A stretch of DNA of 64,000 nt from Limnothrix sp. BL-A-16 (GCA_041937175.2 CP166615.1:2144001-2208000), one strand, 5' to 3'; positions 33,901 to 44,046 are shown, numbered from the stretch's first letter. A program made the numbers and translations. Notes: generated by a model from the letters alone, not told the origin.

Positions 33901-36136
33901 CATCTTTGTCCCCTGCAAAGGTTGCCAGGTTTTCCAAAGCTTTCCGCAAGGTCGCGTTCAAGTTGACCGGTGTGCTGGTGGGACCAGTGCTAACGCTGAC
34001 CAACTCATTGAGTCGATCCACATCCATTTCCCAACCGTTCGTGCCGCGGCCGTGGAAAAAGTCGATCGCAAGTTCCTCTGATTCGTCTCCAAAGCGCTCC
34101 CCAAAGGCTGTCCATTCCGATTTGGTTTTGACACCGGCCGTGACAGGGAGTTTCTCAAAGGTTGCCGACTGTTTCAGGGTGTCGGGAGTCCCCGGGTGAA
34201 CAGTACTCGCCAAGGCAGCCACCGGCTTTACCCCTTGCCCAACACCCTTGTGAAAAAGCAACGTGCCTTGAACGGCGGCCGGGTTATCTTTATAGCTACG
34301 ACGCTGTAAGGCTTGAAGCGGCGTTGTTGCGTCAAATTCATCCGCTTGAGAGGGATAGCCCAGAGGATTTTCCAGAGGATTTTCCAACTCTAGGCGCTGA
34401 CCGGTAATGATCCGAGTCCCCTCATTAATGGCACGGCGCTCCCAGTAGCCATCCGCTCCCACTTCTGCCGGTTGTTCCGTATTGGTGTTGCGGGTTAGGC
34501 GCTCATCGCCAGTAATGTTGTCACCCACCTTTTTAGTGCCAGGCATCCTCAGCTCTGAGGAGCGGCCATAGGTTGGTCGAGGTCCATAGCGATTGTCAGC
34601 ACGGTAAAAGTCGTCTAGATAGGGCTTGGGTAGTGATTGTCCACTGAAGCGACGTGAATACTCTGCGCCTTCAGTTTTTGTCCAATCTTCTCCAGACCTA
34701 GCCTTAACAGTCCTTCGACGAGCGCTAACATCTTCTGTATAGAGAAGCAATGGATCTAATGCCAAGTCAATCGCCTTACCGCTAAAGCTCACCGAGTCAG
34801 TTTCTGTTGTAAAGTTATTGCTCGCTTGAACAATCACTCCACTAGCTGGTTTGTAATCAATAGATAGCTTTGGATCGCCTGCAAAGTTTGATCGCGGGCC
34901 TGAAACTGCGCTTGAGATCAAGTCACCTTTGAAGTTTTTGCAAATTCCTTCACCGGTATAGCTCTTGCAAGATGCCGTAGAACTGTTACCTGATGGGTTT
35001 TCTGGGGATACACTGATGCTAGAAGCCTCGGGATCTTGGTAAAGACAAGAGGACGGAGCACTAACCCAAAACAAGCGCGTTGGGTTGTTAGCCCCAGCCA
35101 AAAACATAGATCCCTCAGTGTGCATGGCTCCATTCCAGTTAAAGCGCGCCCCGGAGAATAATTCTAGGTCGTTACGAAACCAGGCTCCCCACTTATTGCC
35201 TTTTTCTACAATCCGGTCTTGCTGGAATTCAAGAGTAGCAATAGTATTTGTTCCACCCCCTGGCCGATCAACATTAGCTCGTGGAATCACAACCGCATCT
35301 ACCTGAAAATTTTTGCGCAGGGTAGAGGTTTTTTTCTGATCTTGATACCAGCCTGCTTCAATTGGAGGGAGGATTTCAGGACTTATTTTCCCGAGTTGCT
35401 CTGCAATATTGCAGGCACTTCCCAGCTTTTCCTCTTGAATTAGAGGGCCTGTACGAGTTCTTAAAGCCGCAGCGCGTGCTTGTAATGAAGCACGCTTCAT
35501 ATCAGCATTTGGCTCGCCAGCAGCATTGACAGGTAAGGAGTTGAAAATAATCGAATAGGCAATATCAGCATCCTGCTCTCCATCGCCATCAGTATCTGCG
35601 GGAAATTGCCAAGCTGGGTCTGGCTCCCCGTCTTTATTGATGTCAAGCTGAATTTCACCAGGAAGTGTGTAAATTTGTTTCGGTTTTTCGTTAAAAACAG
35701 GATCAAATGCGCTGCTACCAGTGAGGTTTTTGTTCAGCAACATACTGAGCAAATATTTTTCAGAGGGCACTCCGTTGGTTGGGATTCGTGGATCCTGGAG
35801 GAAAAGTTTTTCAAGCTTGGCTTTGGCGCGATCGATTGCGGGGGTGGCGGCGTTGTAGATCACCTTTTGGGCCCGATCGGCGGCGACTTGATCTGTGCGG
35901 TTGAGGGTGCGCAACGACAGGGCAGTAATCGTGAGGGCCACCACCACCAGCAACAAGGCGGTGGTTGGCAACACGAAACCCGCTTGCGATCGCAGCCGTC
36001 GCCAATAGGGATTAGGGGCCAAAATTTGGGGTCGATCGCCCGATCGCCCTCGACGATGCAACAGTCGCTGGAACTGCGCGATCGTTCGTCCCAATTGGAA
36101 CGAAATAGCCAAAACTAGCCGCCGCAGGATCATCAT
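30914..36136 (-). CDS. hpsA: Large PilX-like pseudopilin HpsA (hormogonium polysaccharide/motility locus)
   Basis: QAGFVLPTT, NAATPAIDRAKAKL, NKWGAWFRNDLE, DGYWERRA, RLWGYDVGLQY; start taken at ATG 36136. Confidence 0.85.
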   Translation of the reverse strand: MMILRRLVLAISFQLGRTIAQFQRLLHRRGRSGDRPQILAPNPYWRRLRSQAGFVLPTTALLLVVVALTITALSLRTLNRTDQVAADRAQKVIYNAATPAIDRAKAKLEKLFLQDPRIPTNGVPSEKYLLSMLLNKNLTGSSAFDPVFNEKPKQIYTLPGEIQLDINKDGEPDPAWQFPADTDGDGEQDADIAYSIIFNSLPVNAAGEPNADMKRASLQARAAALRTRTGPLIQEEKLGSACNIAEQLGKISPEILPPIEAGWYQDQKKTSTLRKNFQVDAVVIPRANVDRPGGGTNTIATLEFQQDRIVEKGNKWGAWFRNDLELFSGARFNWNGAMHTEGSMFLAGANNPTRLFWVSAPSSCLYQDPEASSISVSPENPSGNSSTASCKSYTGEGICKNFKGDLISSAVSGPRSNFAGDPKLSIDYKPASGVIVQASNNFTTETDSVSFSGKAIDLALDPLLLYTEDVSARRRTVKARSGEDWTKTEGAEYSRRFSGQSLPKPYLDDFYRADNRYGPRPTYGRSSELRMPGTKKVGDNITGDERLTRNTNTEQPAEVGADGYWERRAINEGTRIITGQRLELENPLENPLGYPSQADEFDATTPLQALQRRSYKDNPAAVQGTLLFHKGVGQGVKPVAALASTVHPGTPDTLKQSATFEKLPVTAGVKTKSEWTAFGERFGDESEELAIDFFHGRGTNGWEMDVDRLNELVSVSTGPTSTPVNLNATLRKALENLATFAGDKDGAFPAKQEAGKTHPLPQLVKWGDFSNLRRALYDTNNSPADATTQQTAALSTGMLAYNIAYLDAIDYSDPDFQTTVLDKLAEALGKIGDNDPAWNKKEDPSRAEWLSGARTDSANDRKLGRVDIFRPGDTTGPFSVRVYPGNSGLRSPSDFNSRDQEGADFVEVQLASLKTQGGQPLASPPLLKRIPAADPALKPGENPFAATTASTDEVTPLVPPEAYVAALADKSTSGAALNRLDSDPLKPTELQQWARLIALREQIQRDRTFGFATHFGRVKNTAGSIPAETAKHHYSYTVQNDLTPTPPSGSLTVGYAFGGRVYEQAKTYEFGCDFSKTTGNNYFGYGVPGTVAEEKRFLHLAGTLCPVEPEYPALYYLFPRPLSEDFIAHDADGDKTLIPDLEVGTATLSVEVDHAQPKATDPFYAPYDKLYFDPYLTVAQGNFQVLSDKDLESIIIKPRKVADWLLPVDDNLTPTGSCTNSAPNCSQMLFVAVDNDGAKADKAIEYHRVAFKDAALMDGRERLVERVLDIDIDMLRQKTYAPSALGDLWLTFGNLKKNEAGGIIYAFREDNTREDAIERSPSTTWSSYNLDTESARMSIGRGNPLGQDPPISDVTGISPKPVDYYADPDRRPHGFRLINGSLIKREGGGDEKSNIFGISFITDNPLFVKGDFNLHRVGGVLAEEFKTILNRDNYGNFYSRGSRSPDQDLNLSFARPDKDTWRPVELLADSITLVSGNFCDGSVRDTFLNASPRLADWYGCQRVGSLSSPTTSFYAQNRPLEMSAQERDLVLDWWHENRFDFTSSVAVDYTGKPLQRINEDVARPEFGRPNPYTGNYQTVPLGQRYGRGANGVLPGASTTEANAIFISGIGSSRENQSYGGFHNFLPMLENWGGSNSSQSQTISGAFLQLNFRTSSTGPYEHDAWEINQRPVGGQDDIPYYQTPKRLWGYDVGLQYAPAGPISSRFITPGAARSEFYNEPEAGDPYICALRRSIETTPDGC

Positions 36137-36592
36137 ATTGGCTCTACCAACTTGGCCTGAGAGTTCTTGAAAAACTGACCCGAAACACACCCATTACAGC
36201 AAAGGGCGGGGCGTTGGAGAGTGACCGTCAATCTCAGAACGGTTTCTCGTCGCTACCCCAACATGACTCACTGTCCCTAGACCGGCGGCGCTCCGAATCG
36301 GTTCCATCCCAATCACGCTAGGTGGCTGTGCTTGAACCGCCCAAAAATTATCGGCTTGCAGCCTTGAAGTGTCGCGCTTCAGGGGAGCAACCAAACCGGA
36401 GCATCGCCTAGGGCTTGAGGGAAGATCTAAGCACTTAGCCCAAACTTACCCATCCGCCATTCTGGATCGATCGGGAAATCAGAAGTTTTTTTTAATTCTT
36501 TACATTTTAGGACTTGACATCCTCCCGAACAGGCGGGCTAATTACCTCGCCGCAAACATCAGCCCGTCTGTTCAACCCTCTTGGCTCAACCT

Positions 36593-38002
36593 CTAGCCAT
36601 TGCTCCAAGCCAGGTCAGCCACCTGCTTAGACACAGCAGCCGTCAGCACTTCATGGCCACCCTCGGTCACCAACACATCATCCTCAATCCGAATCCCAAT
36701 CCCACGCCACTGTTCTGGCACTTCCGGTTGAGCGGGCCAATCGTCTTCCTCGCCGGGCTGCTTCGGTTCGATGTCTGGGGCAATGTAGAGGCCTGGCTCC
36801 ACCGTTAGCACCTGACCCGGCTGGAGATAGCAGGGATCATCGCCGTAGGTATAGACCCCCACATCATGCACATCCAAGCCTAACCAATGGCTGGTGCGGT
36901 GGGGATAGAAGGGGCGATAGAGTTCTTTTTCGATGATTTGCTCGACGCTACCGACCATCAACCCCAAGTCCAAGAGTCCTTCGACTAGGACTTTCAGGGC
37001 CACATCATGCACGTTGCTATAGGGATCGCCGGGTTTGACGGCTTCGATCGCCGCCATCTGGGCCGCCAACACCAACTCATAGAGCGCTTGTTGCTCAGGG
37101 CTGAACCGACCGCTAACGGGGAAGGTGCGGGTGATGTCGCTGTTGTAGTAGCCGTAGGCGCAACCGGCATCAATCAGCAATAGGTCACCAGCTTGCAGTT
37201 GGCAGTTGTTTTCCACGTAATGCAGGATGCAGGCGTTTTCCCCGGTGGCGACGATCGCCGGGTAAGCCGGCCCCCAGCCACCGCGCGATCGACAGAGGCG
37301 ATCGAGTTCCGCTTGCACTTCATATTCCCAGCAGCCAGGCCGCGCCATTTCCATGGCCCGCTGGTGGGCCTCGGCGGCGATGTCGGCCGCTTGGCGCATG
37401 GCCGCCAATTCCAACGGGGATTTAATGTTGCGCAGTTGGTGCAGGCGGCCGATCGGGTCTTCGAGGGCTACGGGGCCGCGCCCTTTGCGGAAATAACTCC
37501 GTCGCTGCTGTTTCCACAGATCCAGAATCTGCGCATCGAAGTGGGGATCATGGCCAAGGCTATAGAAGATGCGATCACCCGTTTGCAGGTATTGCGGCAG
37601 CTTGGCCGTTAACTCTTCGATCGGGTAGACCACATCTGCCCCGATCGCCTCTTTAGCCGCTTCCACCCCCAGCCGCCGCCCCGACCAAGTTTCCGCCAGT
37701 CGATCCTTAGGGCGCACAAACAAGATGAACTGATGTTCCTCATGGTTAGGAGCCAGCACTGCCACGGCCGCTGGTTCATCAAACCCCGTCACGTAATAAA
37801 AATCGCTGTCCTGGCGGTAGTTGTATTCCACATCGTTGTGCATCACCGCATGGGGCGCACTGCGGAAAATGGCTACCCCGGAGCCAATTTTTTCCAGCAA
37901 CCGGGCCCGGCGCGATCGATATTCCTCCGCCCAACCGGGAGCCATGTAACCCGTGGGAGATCCGCTACTAACCCTTGCTGTGGCGACCATCGGCGATTGC
38001 AT
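36593..38002 (-). CDS. pepP: Xaa-Pro aminopeptidase P
   Basis: YRQDSDFYY, HWLGLDVHD, TVEPGLY, GIRIEDD. Confidence 0.96.
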   Translation of the reverse strand: MQSPMVATARVSSGSPTGYMAPGWAEEYRSRRARLLEKIGSGVAIFRSAPHAVMHNDVEYNYRQDSDFYYVTGFDEPAAVAVLAPNHEEHQFILFVRPKDRLAETWSGRRLGVEAAKEAIGADVVYPIEELTAKLPQYLQTGDRIFYSLGHDPHFDAQILDLWKQQRRSYFRKGRGPVALEDPIGRLHQLRNIKSPLELAAMRQAADIAAEAHQRAMEMARPGCWEYEVQAELDRLCRSRGGWGPAYPAIVATGENACILHYVENNCQLQAGDLLLIDAGCAYGYYNSDITRTFPVSGRFSPEQQALYELVLAAQMAAIEAVKPGDPYSNVHDVALKVLVEGLLDLGLMVGSVEQIIEKELYRPFYPHRTSHWLGLDVHDVGVYTYGDDPCYLQPGQVLTVEPGLYIAPDIEPKQPGEEDDWPAQPEVPEQWRGIGIRIEDDVLVTEGGHEVLTAAVSKQVADLAWSNG

Positions 38003-38109
38003 CCTTAGCTATTCCTAACTCAAGCCAAAACTGATAGACAGTGATGGCACGACAAATCTAAAACGTTCAATCAGGTTTGGAGAGCCGTTTTGACAACCCA
38101 AAGGCCTTG

Positions 38110-38251
38110 GAACCGCCGCCAAATCACCCAAAATCCTGATGTTGCCGTTGAGAGATCGTGAGTAGCAAGGGGCTTCAGCCCCTTGTCCACGATGATCGAG
38201 GCATGGAAAATCAGCCGCTTCAGCCTACGCCTAGGAAACAACGACAGCCCC
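38110..38251. mobile_element. Degenerate MITE family B copy
   Basis: Palindrome variant at 38166-85; right end AACGACAGCCCC-TA; left arm similar to 18256-18311. Confidence 0.7.
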
Positions 38252-39648
38252 TAGGCCGCTTCACCACCCACCACCACATTGCGGATCCGCAAGCTGGGGC
38301 CGCCGCAACCAACCGGTAGGCCGCTTTGGCCACCCTTGCCGCAACCGCCGGACTCATCCCAATAGAAGTCGTCCCCGATCGCCTCAATGTCCGCCAGGGT
38401 CTTGAAGGCATTACCCGACAGCGTGACATCCCGCACCGGCTCAGCCAGTTCACCATTGCGCACCATCCAAGCCTCTCCCGCCGTGAAGGTGAACATCTCG
38501 CCGTTGGTCATGCCGCCCAGCCAGTTGCGCGCATAAACCCCCTCTTCGATCCCGGCAATCAAGTCAGCGGCCGGAGTTTCGCCACGTTCGATCCAAGTGT
38601 TGGTCATCCGGACGATCGGGGCGTAGTGATAGTTCAAGCAACGGGCATTCCCCGTCGGCTGTTCCTCCAGCCGGCCTGCCGTTTCCCGGGAATGCAGCCG
38701 CCCAGTCAACACGCCGTTGGTGATCAGTTGGGTGGTGCTGGCCGGTGTACCCTCGTCATCGTAGGCATAGCTACCCCGATGGCCCGCAGGTGCTGCACCA
38801 TCAAAAATTTGCAGATTTTCGGGGCCAAAGCGGCGACCCAGGCTCATGGTTTCCAGTAAATCGGGATTTTCGTAGGCCATATCGGCTTCGGACAAATGCC
38901 CAAACGCCTCGTGCACAAACAATCCCGTCAAGATCGGATCAATCACCACTTGATAGGTTCCGGCCTTCACCGAAGGCAGCGACAGGGCATCCACCGCCCG
39001 CCGGGCTGCCCCGCGTACCTGATCATCTAACTGAGTCAGGTCTTCATAGCCGTTGCGGGAGCCGGTGGTTTCCCGGCCCGTTTGCACCGTTTCGCCATTG
39101 CGGGCCGTGGCCGCAAACCGCATCTCCATATCCACCCAGGATTGCTCCAACAGCGTGCCTTCGGAGGTAGCCAGCAGGGTGCGTTGGGTGCTGTCGCCAT
39201 AGCGCACCATGGTGGTAGCAATTCGACCATCAACGGCGCGCAAAATTTCTGCGTAGTGGTCGCAGAGGGCCTTTTTGTCCGATAAGGACACCTGCCGGGG
39301 ATCCGTGCCAGCCAAGGGCAAGGTGCAGGTAGCTTGAACCGGCGCGACCGGAGCCAGCAGGGTTTCGTCATCCCCCACCAGATGGGCCGCCGCGATCGCC
39401 TCTTCCAATCGTTCCAGAAGGGTATCCAGTCGGTTAAAGCTGGCAAAGCCCCAACCGCCCTTGTGGCAAGCCCGCACTTGCCCCCCGATCGCCACGCTTT
39501 CGCTGAGGGTTTCCAGGCGACCCCCGCGCAGCAAAATATCGGTTCCCTGGGATTCTTCGAGGCGGATGGCCAAAAAGTCCACCCGATCGCGGTAGCGGGC
39601 GATCGCCTCAGTCAGTCGGTTACGAGCATCAGTCAGCCAGTCAGTCAT
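38251..39648 (-). CDS. tldD: Second TldD-family metalloprotease
   Basis: HEAFGH, TGNAR...RMTNT, GGCGKGGQ; no adjacent tldE. Confidence 0.9.
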   Translation of the reverse strand: MTDWLTDARNRLTEAIARYRDRVDFLAIRLEESQGTDILLRGGRLETLSESVAIGGQVRACHKGGWGFASFNRLDTLLERLEEAIAAAHLVGDDETLLAPVAPVQATCTLPLAGTDPRQVSLSDKKALCDHYAEILRAVDGRIATTMVRYGDSTQRTLLATSEGTLLEQSWVDMEMRFAATARNGETVQTGRETTGSRNGYEDLTQLDDQVRGAARRAVDALSLPSVKAGTYQVVIDPILTGLFVHEAFGHLSEADMAYENPDLLETMSLGRRFGPENLQIFDGAAPAGHRGSYAYDDEGTPASTTQLITNGVLTGRLHSRETAGRLEEQPTGNARCLNYHYAPIVRMTNTWIERGETPAADLIAGIEEGVYARNWLGGMTNGEMFTFTAGEAWMVRNGELAEPVRDVTLSGNAFKTLADIEAIGDDFYWDESGGCGKGGQSGLPVGCGGPSLRIRNVVVGGEAA

Positions 39649-39930
39649 AACGCGGTTGCGGTTGCGGGTTAAGTTCGCTGGAACGCTTGCGAGCACTCAC
39701 TTTGGACAGTGGCTTCTATTATGGCTTGGCTGGGGCCTTCCGGGACGGAACCGGGCCCGATCGCCCAAAGCTTGCCCAAAGGTGGCTTGGTTGCCCGCTG
39801 GCGGCCAGTCAATTGCCCGCCAATTGCACGCAAGTTGCACTATTGTCGATCCTAGGCTTGGGTTCTGTTGCTGGCTTTCCGTTCCCATGGCTCCCCAAGG
39901 CTGCCAACTCCTAAAATTTCACCCCAGATC

Positions 39931-40359
39931 ATGAATTCCGTTGAACGTTTAATTGTGATGGCCGAAGACGAACTCACTGAGTTTAGTACCGATGCCCGCA
40001 AGGTCGAAAAATTGCGCCGCAAAATTGGCCTCACCCTCTCGGCTACCGAACAACGCCAAGCCAAGGAGCAATTAAGGGCGGAATTGGCCGAAGGGGGACA
40101 ACTAGCGGAGTTTGTGGAAAAACAGCGCCAGTCGATCGCCCTGCCCTTTTGGGGGGTGACGGGTCTTGGGTTGCTGATTGGTGTGTCCATGGAACAGCCG
40201 GCCGCCTTTGTGTTTGTGATTGCCGGAACCTTGGCCGCCTGGACGGTGCAAAAGTGGGGGTGGCGTTTGCAAGCCAAGCGGTTGATTTTGAACACCCTTG
40301 AGGATTTGACCAAAGGTGGTGGGAATGGCGGGAATAGTGATTCTGCCGCCGCCAACTAG
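39931..40359 (+). CDS. Conserved two-TM hypothetical protein
   Basis: MAEDELTEFSTDARKVEKLRRKI; two hydrophobic segments. Confidence 0.8.
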   Translation: MNSVERLIVMAEDELTEFSTDARKVEKLRRKIGLTLSATEQRQAKEQLRAELAEGGQLAEFVEKQRQSIALPFWGVTGLGLLIGVSMEQPAAFVFVIAGTLAAWTVQKWGWRLQAKRLILNTLEDLTKGGGNGGNSDSAAAN

Positions 40360-40363
40360 CCCC

Positions 40364-41194
40364 ATGACGGCAGTAGAAGCAGGGCGATCGCTCACTCCCG
40401 TTCAACAGCGAGTGATCGCCATTCTGGATGATCTGGAAACACCCCTGAGCCGTTGGGTCAACGGGGCCATTGCCGTTTCAATTCTGTTGTCGGCCGTGAC
40501 CTTCGTGATTGAAACCTTCACAATTGATGATCAATTGCGGATGGTTTTAACCGTAGGCAACCGAATGTTGGCCGGGGTGTTTGCGGTGGAATATGCCCTG
40601 CGATTATGGTGTGCAGAACGCAGGTGGCGCTATGTTTTTAGCCCTTACGCGATCATCGATGCGATCGCGATCGCGCCGCTGCTGATTGGGTTTTGGGATG
40701 TGCGGTTTTTGCGGCTGTTGCGTTGGTTTCGAGTGTTGCGCCTGGTGCGCTTTCTCGATCGCCGCTACATCCCCCAATGGCTGGCGGCGGACGATCGGCT
40801 GATTATCACCCGTATTTTGTTTACTCTTTTTTCGATTGTTTTTATTTATTCCGGCTTAATTTATCAAGTTGAACATCCTAAAAATCCCACTGTTATTGAA
40901 AATTTCTTAGATGCCTTTTATTTTGCAGTGGTTACCATGACCACCGTGGGTTATGGCGATATTACTCCGGTTTCCAAGGCGGGGAAATTAGTGACTGTTT
41001 TGATGATCTTGTCAGGAATTGCCATCATTCCTTGGCAAATTAGCGATTTGATCAAAAGCTTTGTAAACACCAACGATAAAATTCGCAATGCCTGCGATCG
41101 CTGCGGCCTGATTTTTCATGACCCAGATGCCAGTTATTGCCGTCGTTGTGGAGCGGCTTTGCCCAGTTCTGCCGATGACATTGCTGATTTGTAA
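40364..41194 (+). CDS. Voltage-gated-type potassium channel with C-terminal Zn ribbon
   Basis: S4 RFLRLLRWFRVLRLVR; selectivity filter TTVGYGD; CxxC...CxxC. Confidence 0.92.
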   Translation: MTAVEAGRSLTPVQQRVIAILDDLETPLSRWVNGAIAVSILLSAVTFVIETFTIDDQLRMVLTVGNRMLAGVFAVEYALRLWCAERRWRYVFSPYAIIDAIAIAPLLIGFWDVRFLRLLRWFRVLRLVRFLDRRYIPQWLAADDRLIITRILFTLFSIVFIYSGLIYQVEHPKNPTVIENFLDAFYFAVVTMTTVGYGDITPVSKAGKLVTVLMILSGIAIIPWQISDLIKSFVNTNDKIRNACDRCGLIFHDPDASYCRRCGAALPSSADDIADL

Positions 41195-41208
41195 ATCACG
41201 ATCTCTTA

Positions 41209-41339
41209 GAGGATGTTTGAAAAGTATCTTTTGGCCTGTGCCAAACACCAATAGTTGTGGGAGCAAGGGGCTTAAGCCCCTTGTCTACACCGATCCCTGG
41301 GGCGTACAGAGTAGCAATTTTGGCTTTTCAGACATCCTC
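41209..41339. mobile_element. MITE family A copy 3 (131 bp, inverted)
   Basis: TIR GAGGATGTTTGAAAAG / CTTTTCAGACATCCTC; TTA duplication; palindrome at 41264-83. Confidence 0.9.
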
Positions 41340-41391
41340 TTAGGATTAACTCAACTGGTTTTGCCTCAATTAGCATTAAGCCAATCAACCT

Positions 41392-42213
41392 ATGATCTCT
41401 AATTCTGAACCTATCCTGTCACCCAATTTATTAGCTTTGGATTTTGATGGGGTGCTCTGTGATGGACTGCTGGAATATTTTGAAATTGCTCGCAAAACCC
41501 ATCAGGAACTATGGCAATTAGCTGACCCGATCGCCCCAGAGCTAGCGGAATCATTCTATCGACTTCGGCCCGTGATCGAAACGGGTTGGGAAATGCCCGT
41601 TTTAATTCAGGCCTTGGTGGACGGCCATTCAATCACGGACATTCAATCCCATTGGCGATCGATTGCAGAAGCCATCGTGCAGCGCGATCGATTAACAGCA
41701 GCCCAACTGTCGCAACGATTAGACAGCAACCGCGATCGGTGGATCCGGGAAGATTTAGACGGCTGGTTAGTGTTGCATCGCTTTTTTCCTGGCGTGATTG
41801 AGCAATTAAAAACTTGGCTCAATTCAGCCAATGCTGATTCCTCTTTGGAAGTTGTGATTATTACCACCAAAGAAGAGCGGTTTGTGCGGCAACTGCTCGA
41901 TCGGGCAGGGGTTAATCATCAATCACTGGTGATCTTTGGGAAAGCAACCCGTCAACCGAAAGCCAGCACCTTAAAGCAGTGGATTGGGCAAAAGTCTCGC
42001 ATTTGGTTTGTGGAAGATATGTTGCCAACCCTGAATAAAGTCATCCAAGAACCGGCGTTGGATCAGGTGGAATTATTCCTGGCCAATTGGGGCTATAACA
42101 CTGAGGGCGATCGCGCCCAAGCGGCCCAGAGCGATCGGATTCATTGTCTCAGCCTTGAGCAATTTGCCCAACCGTTTTCCCAATGGTTAACCACAACCGA
42201 TTCAGCTCGTTAA
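41392..42213 (+). CDS. HAD-family hydrolase
   Basis: LDFDGVLCD, ITTK, FVED, WGYN. Confidence 0.88.
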   Translation: MISNSEPILSPNLLALDFDGVLCDGLLEYFEIARKTHQELWQLADPIAPELAESFYRLRPVIETGWEMPVLIQALVDGHSITDIQSHWRSIAEAIVQRDRLTAAQLSQRLDSNRDRWIREDLDGWLVLHRFFPGVIEQLKTWLNSANADSSLEVVIITTKEERFVRQLLDRAGVNHQSLVIFGKATRQPKASTLKQWIGQKSRIWFVEDMLPTLNKVIQEPALDQVELFLANWGYNTEGDRAQAAQSDRIHCLSLEQFAQPFSQWLTTTDSAR

Positions 42214-42221
42214 TTCTCGAA

Positions 42222-42463
42222 GAAGTTCTGAAGAACCCAATTTGAGCAATCAAACTTGATACATGGTTAACTCAAAGCGATCCGCCCAGACAAGGGGCTT
42301 AAGCCCCTTGCCTCTATGGCTCTTAGCAACACTGAAGTTTTGATTGCAACGAGGTTCTGAAAAACCAAATCTGAGCGATCGAACTTGAGCGATCAAACTT
42401 GATACGTTACCAACTCAAAGCAACCTAACCAGACAAGGGGCTTAAGCCCCTTGCCCCTACGGC
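42222..42463. repeat. Imperfect direct repeat with each unit ending in the 20-bp palindrome
   Basis: Palindromes at 42291-310 and 42434-53, each preceded by similar TCAAACTTGATAC...AACTCAAAGC...CCAGA. Confidence 0.75.
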
Positions 42464-42471
42464 CGAATAGG

Positions 42472-43998
42472 TCAAGAATTGCGGCCAGTGGGTACACCGG
42501 GAATTGCGACATCCAAAGCAGTCACCGGCTGTCCCAATTGATTGAGCGGTGGCTGAATTGCTTTCTGATTTCCCACCACCAAGGTCACCAATTGATCAGG
42601 TTTTAGATAGGTCTGGGCTGCCCGTTGCACATCCTCGATCGTGGTCGCTTGAACGGCCTTTTGGTAGCGGAAAATGAAATCGGAAGGATAGCCGTAGTAA
42701 TCGTAGGTCATCAATCGGCTGAGGGTTTGAGACGGGTCAGCAAAGTTGAAAATAAAGGAATTGAGGGCCGATTCCTTGGCAAAATTCAACTCTTGATTAC
42801 TAATCGGTTGGCTCCGAACCTTGGCAATTTCTGCCTTTAACCCTTGAATGAGGGGCACAGTCCCTTCGGAGCGGGTTTGGCCACCGGCTTGGAAAGTGCC
42901 AGGAAAGTCATAGTTCGGACTCCAGTAACCATAGACCGAGTAAGCAAGGCCCTGGCGCGATCGCAGTTCGTTAAACAGGCGACCCCCAAAGCCATTCAGC
43001 ACATCATTGAGGACGGCCATGGCGGGGTAGTCGGTGTTGCTGACCAGGCCGCCCAGGTGACCCAGAACAACGGAGCTTTGGGTGAGCTGGGGCCGATCGA
43101 CCACAAATACACCGCCGGTCTGCACTTGGCTCACGGCGGGTAGCGAATTTTCACGGTTGGGGCCCGGTTGCCAGTCGCCCAGGCGGGCTTCAATCAGGCG
43201 GCGCATGGCCGCGCGATCGAAGTCCCCGGAAATGCCCAAGATGATGTTCTGGGGAACGAAATAGCGCCGATAGAACGACTCCACGGCCGGGCGATCGATG
43301 CGATCGAGCGTGGCATATTCCACCGTGCGGGCGTAGGGGCTGCTGGCTCCGTAGAGCAATTTGTCAAACTCACGGCTGGCGATGCCGTCGGGATCGTCGT
43401 TCCGGCGGGCAATGTTCCCCCGCAGTTGGGTTTTGGCGAGGGCAATTTTTTCCGGGGCAAAGGCGGGCGATCGCAGCACTTCCGTAAACCAGCCGAAGAC
43501 CGATTCCAGATCCTCGCTGAGGGCGCTGAAGCTGACACTACCGGAAGCAGTACCAATACTGGACTCGATCGAGGCGGCCCGGTCTTCCAGAAGCTGATCC
43601 AACGTGGCAGCATCGTGCTGCTGAGTGCCCCCCGATCGCAACACATCCCCCACCACGTCGGCTAAACCGGTCAGGTCTTCCGGTTCCCACCGGGATCCCG
43701 TCCGCACAATGGCCCGGCCCCCAACCAAGGGCAGTTCATGGTCTTCCATCAAATAGACCGTCAGGCCGTTGGTCAATTGGAAGCGATCGTAATCCGGCAG
43801 CTTCACCTCCGGCGGCGGCGGTAATTGTAACTCCGTGTAGTGCCTGGGGGTATCAGCCACGGCCGGCTGTCGCACTCCCAACACCAACAACCCCACCAAA
43901 AGGGTAATGGCTAGCCAGCGCCAGCGCCGATCGCGCCGAGGCTGGGCTGCGAACTGGCGCGGGGAACGACGCGCCCCGATCGAACGAAAAACCTTCAT
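42472..43998 (-). CDS. M16 peptidase, non-catalytic subunit
   Basis: LTNGLTVYLMEDHELPLV, RLFNELRSRQGLAYSV; no HxxEH. Confidence 0.9.
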   Translation of the reverse strand: MKVFRSIGARRSPRQFAAQPRRDRRWRWLAITLLVGLLVLGVRQPAVADTPRHYTELQLPPPPEVKLPDYDRFQLTNGLTVYLMEDHELPLVGGRAIVRTGSRWEPEDLTGLADVVGDVLRSGGTQQHDAATLDQLLEDRAASIESSIGTASGSVSFSALSEDLESVFGWFTEVLRSPAFAPEKIALAKTQLRGNIARRNDDPDGIASREFDKLLYGASSPYARTVEYATLDRIDRPAVESFYRRYFVPQNIILGISGDFDRAAMRRLIEARLGDWQPGPNRENSLPAVSQVQTGGVFVVDRPQLTQSSVVLGHLGGLVSNTDYPAMAVLNDVLNGFGGRLFNELRSRQGLAYSVYGYWSPNYDFPGTFQAGGQTRSEGTVPLIQGLKAEIAKVRSQPISNQELNFAKESALNSFIFNFADPSQTLSRLMTYDYYGYPSDFIFRYQKAVQATTIEDVQRAAQTYLKPDQLVTLVVGNQKAIQPPLNQLGQPVTALDVAIPGVPTGRNS

Positions 43999-44046
43999 GG
44001 CTACTCTGTACCCTCAATGAACCTTGCGCCTTGCGTTTTGCTCTCG

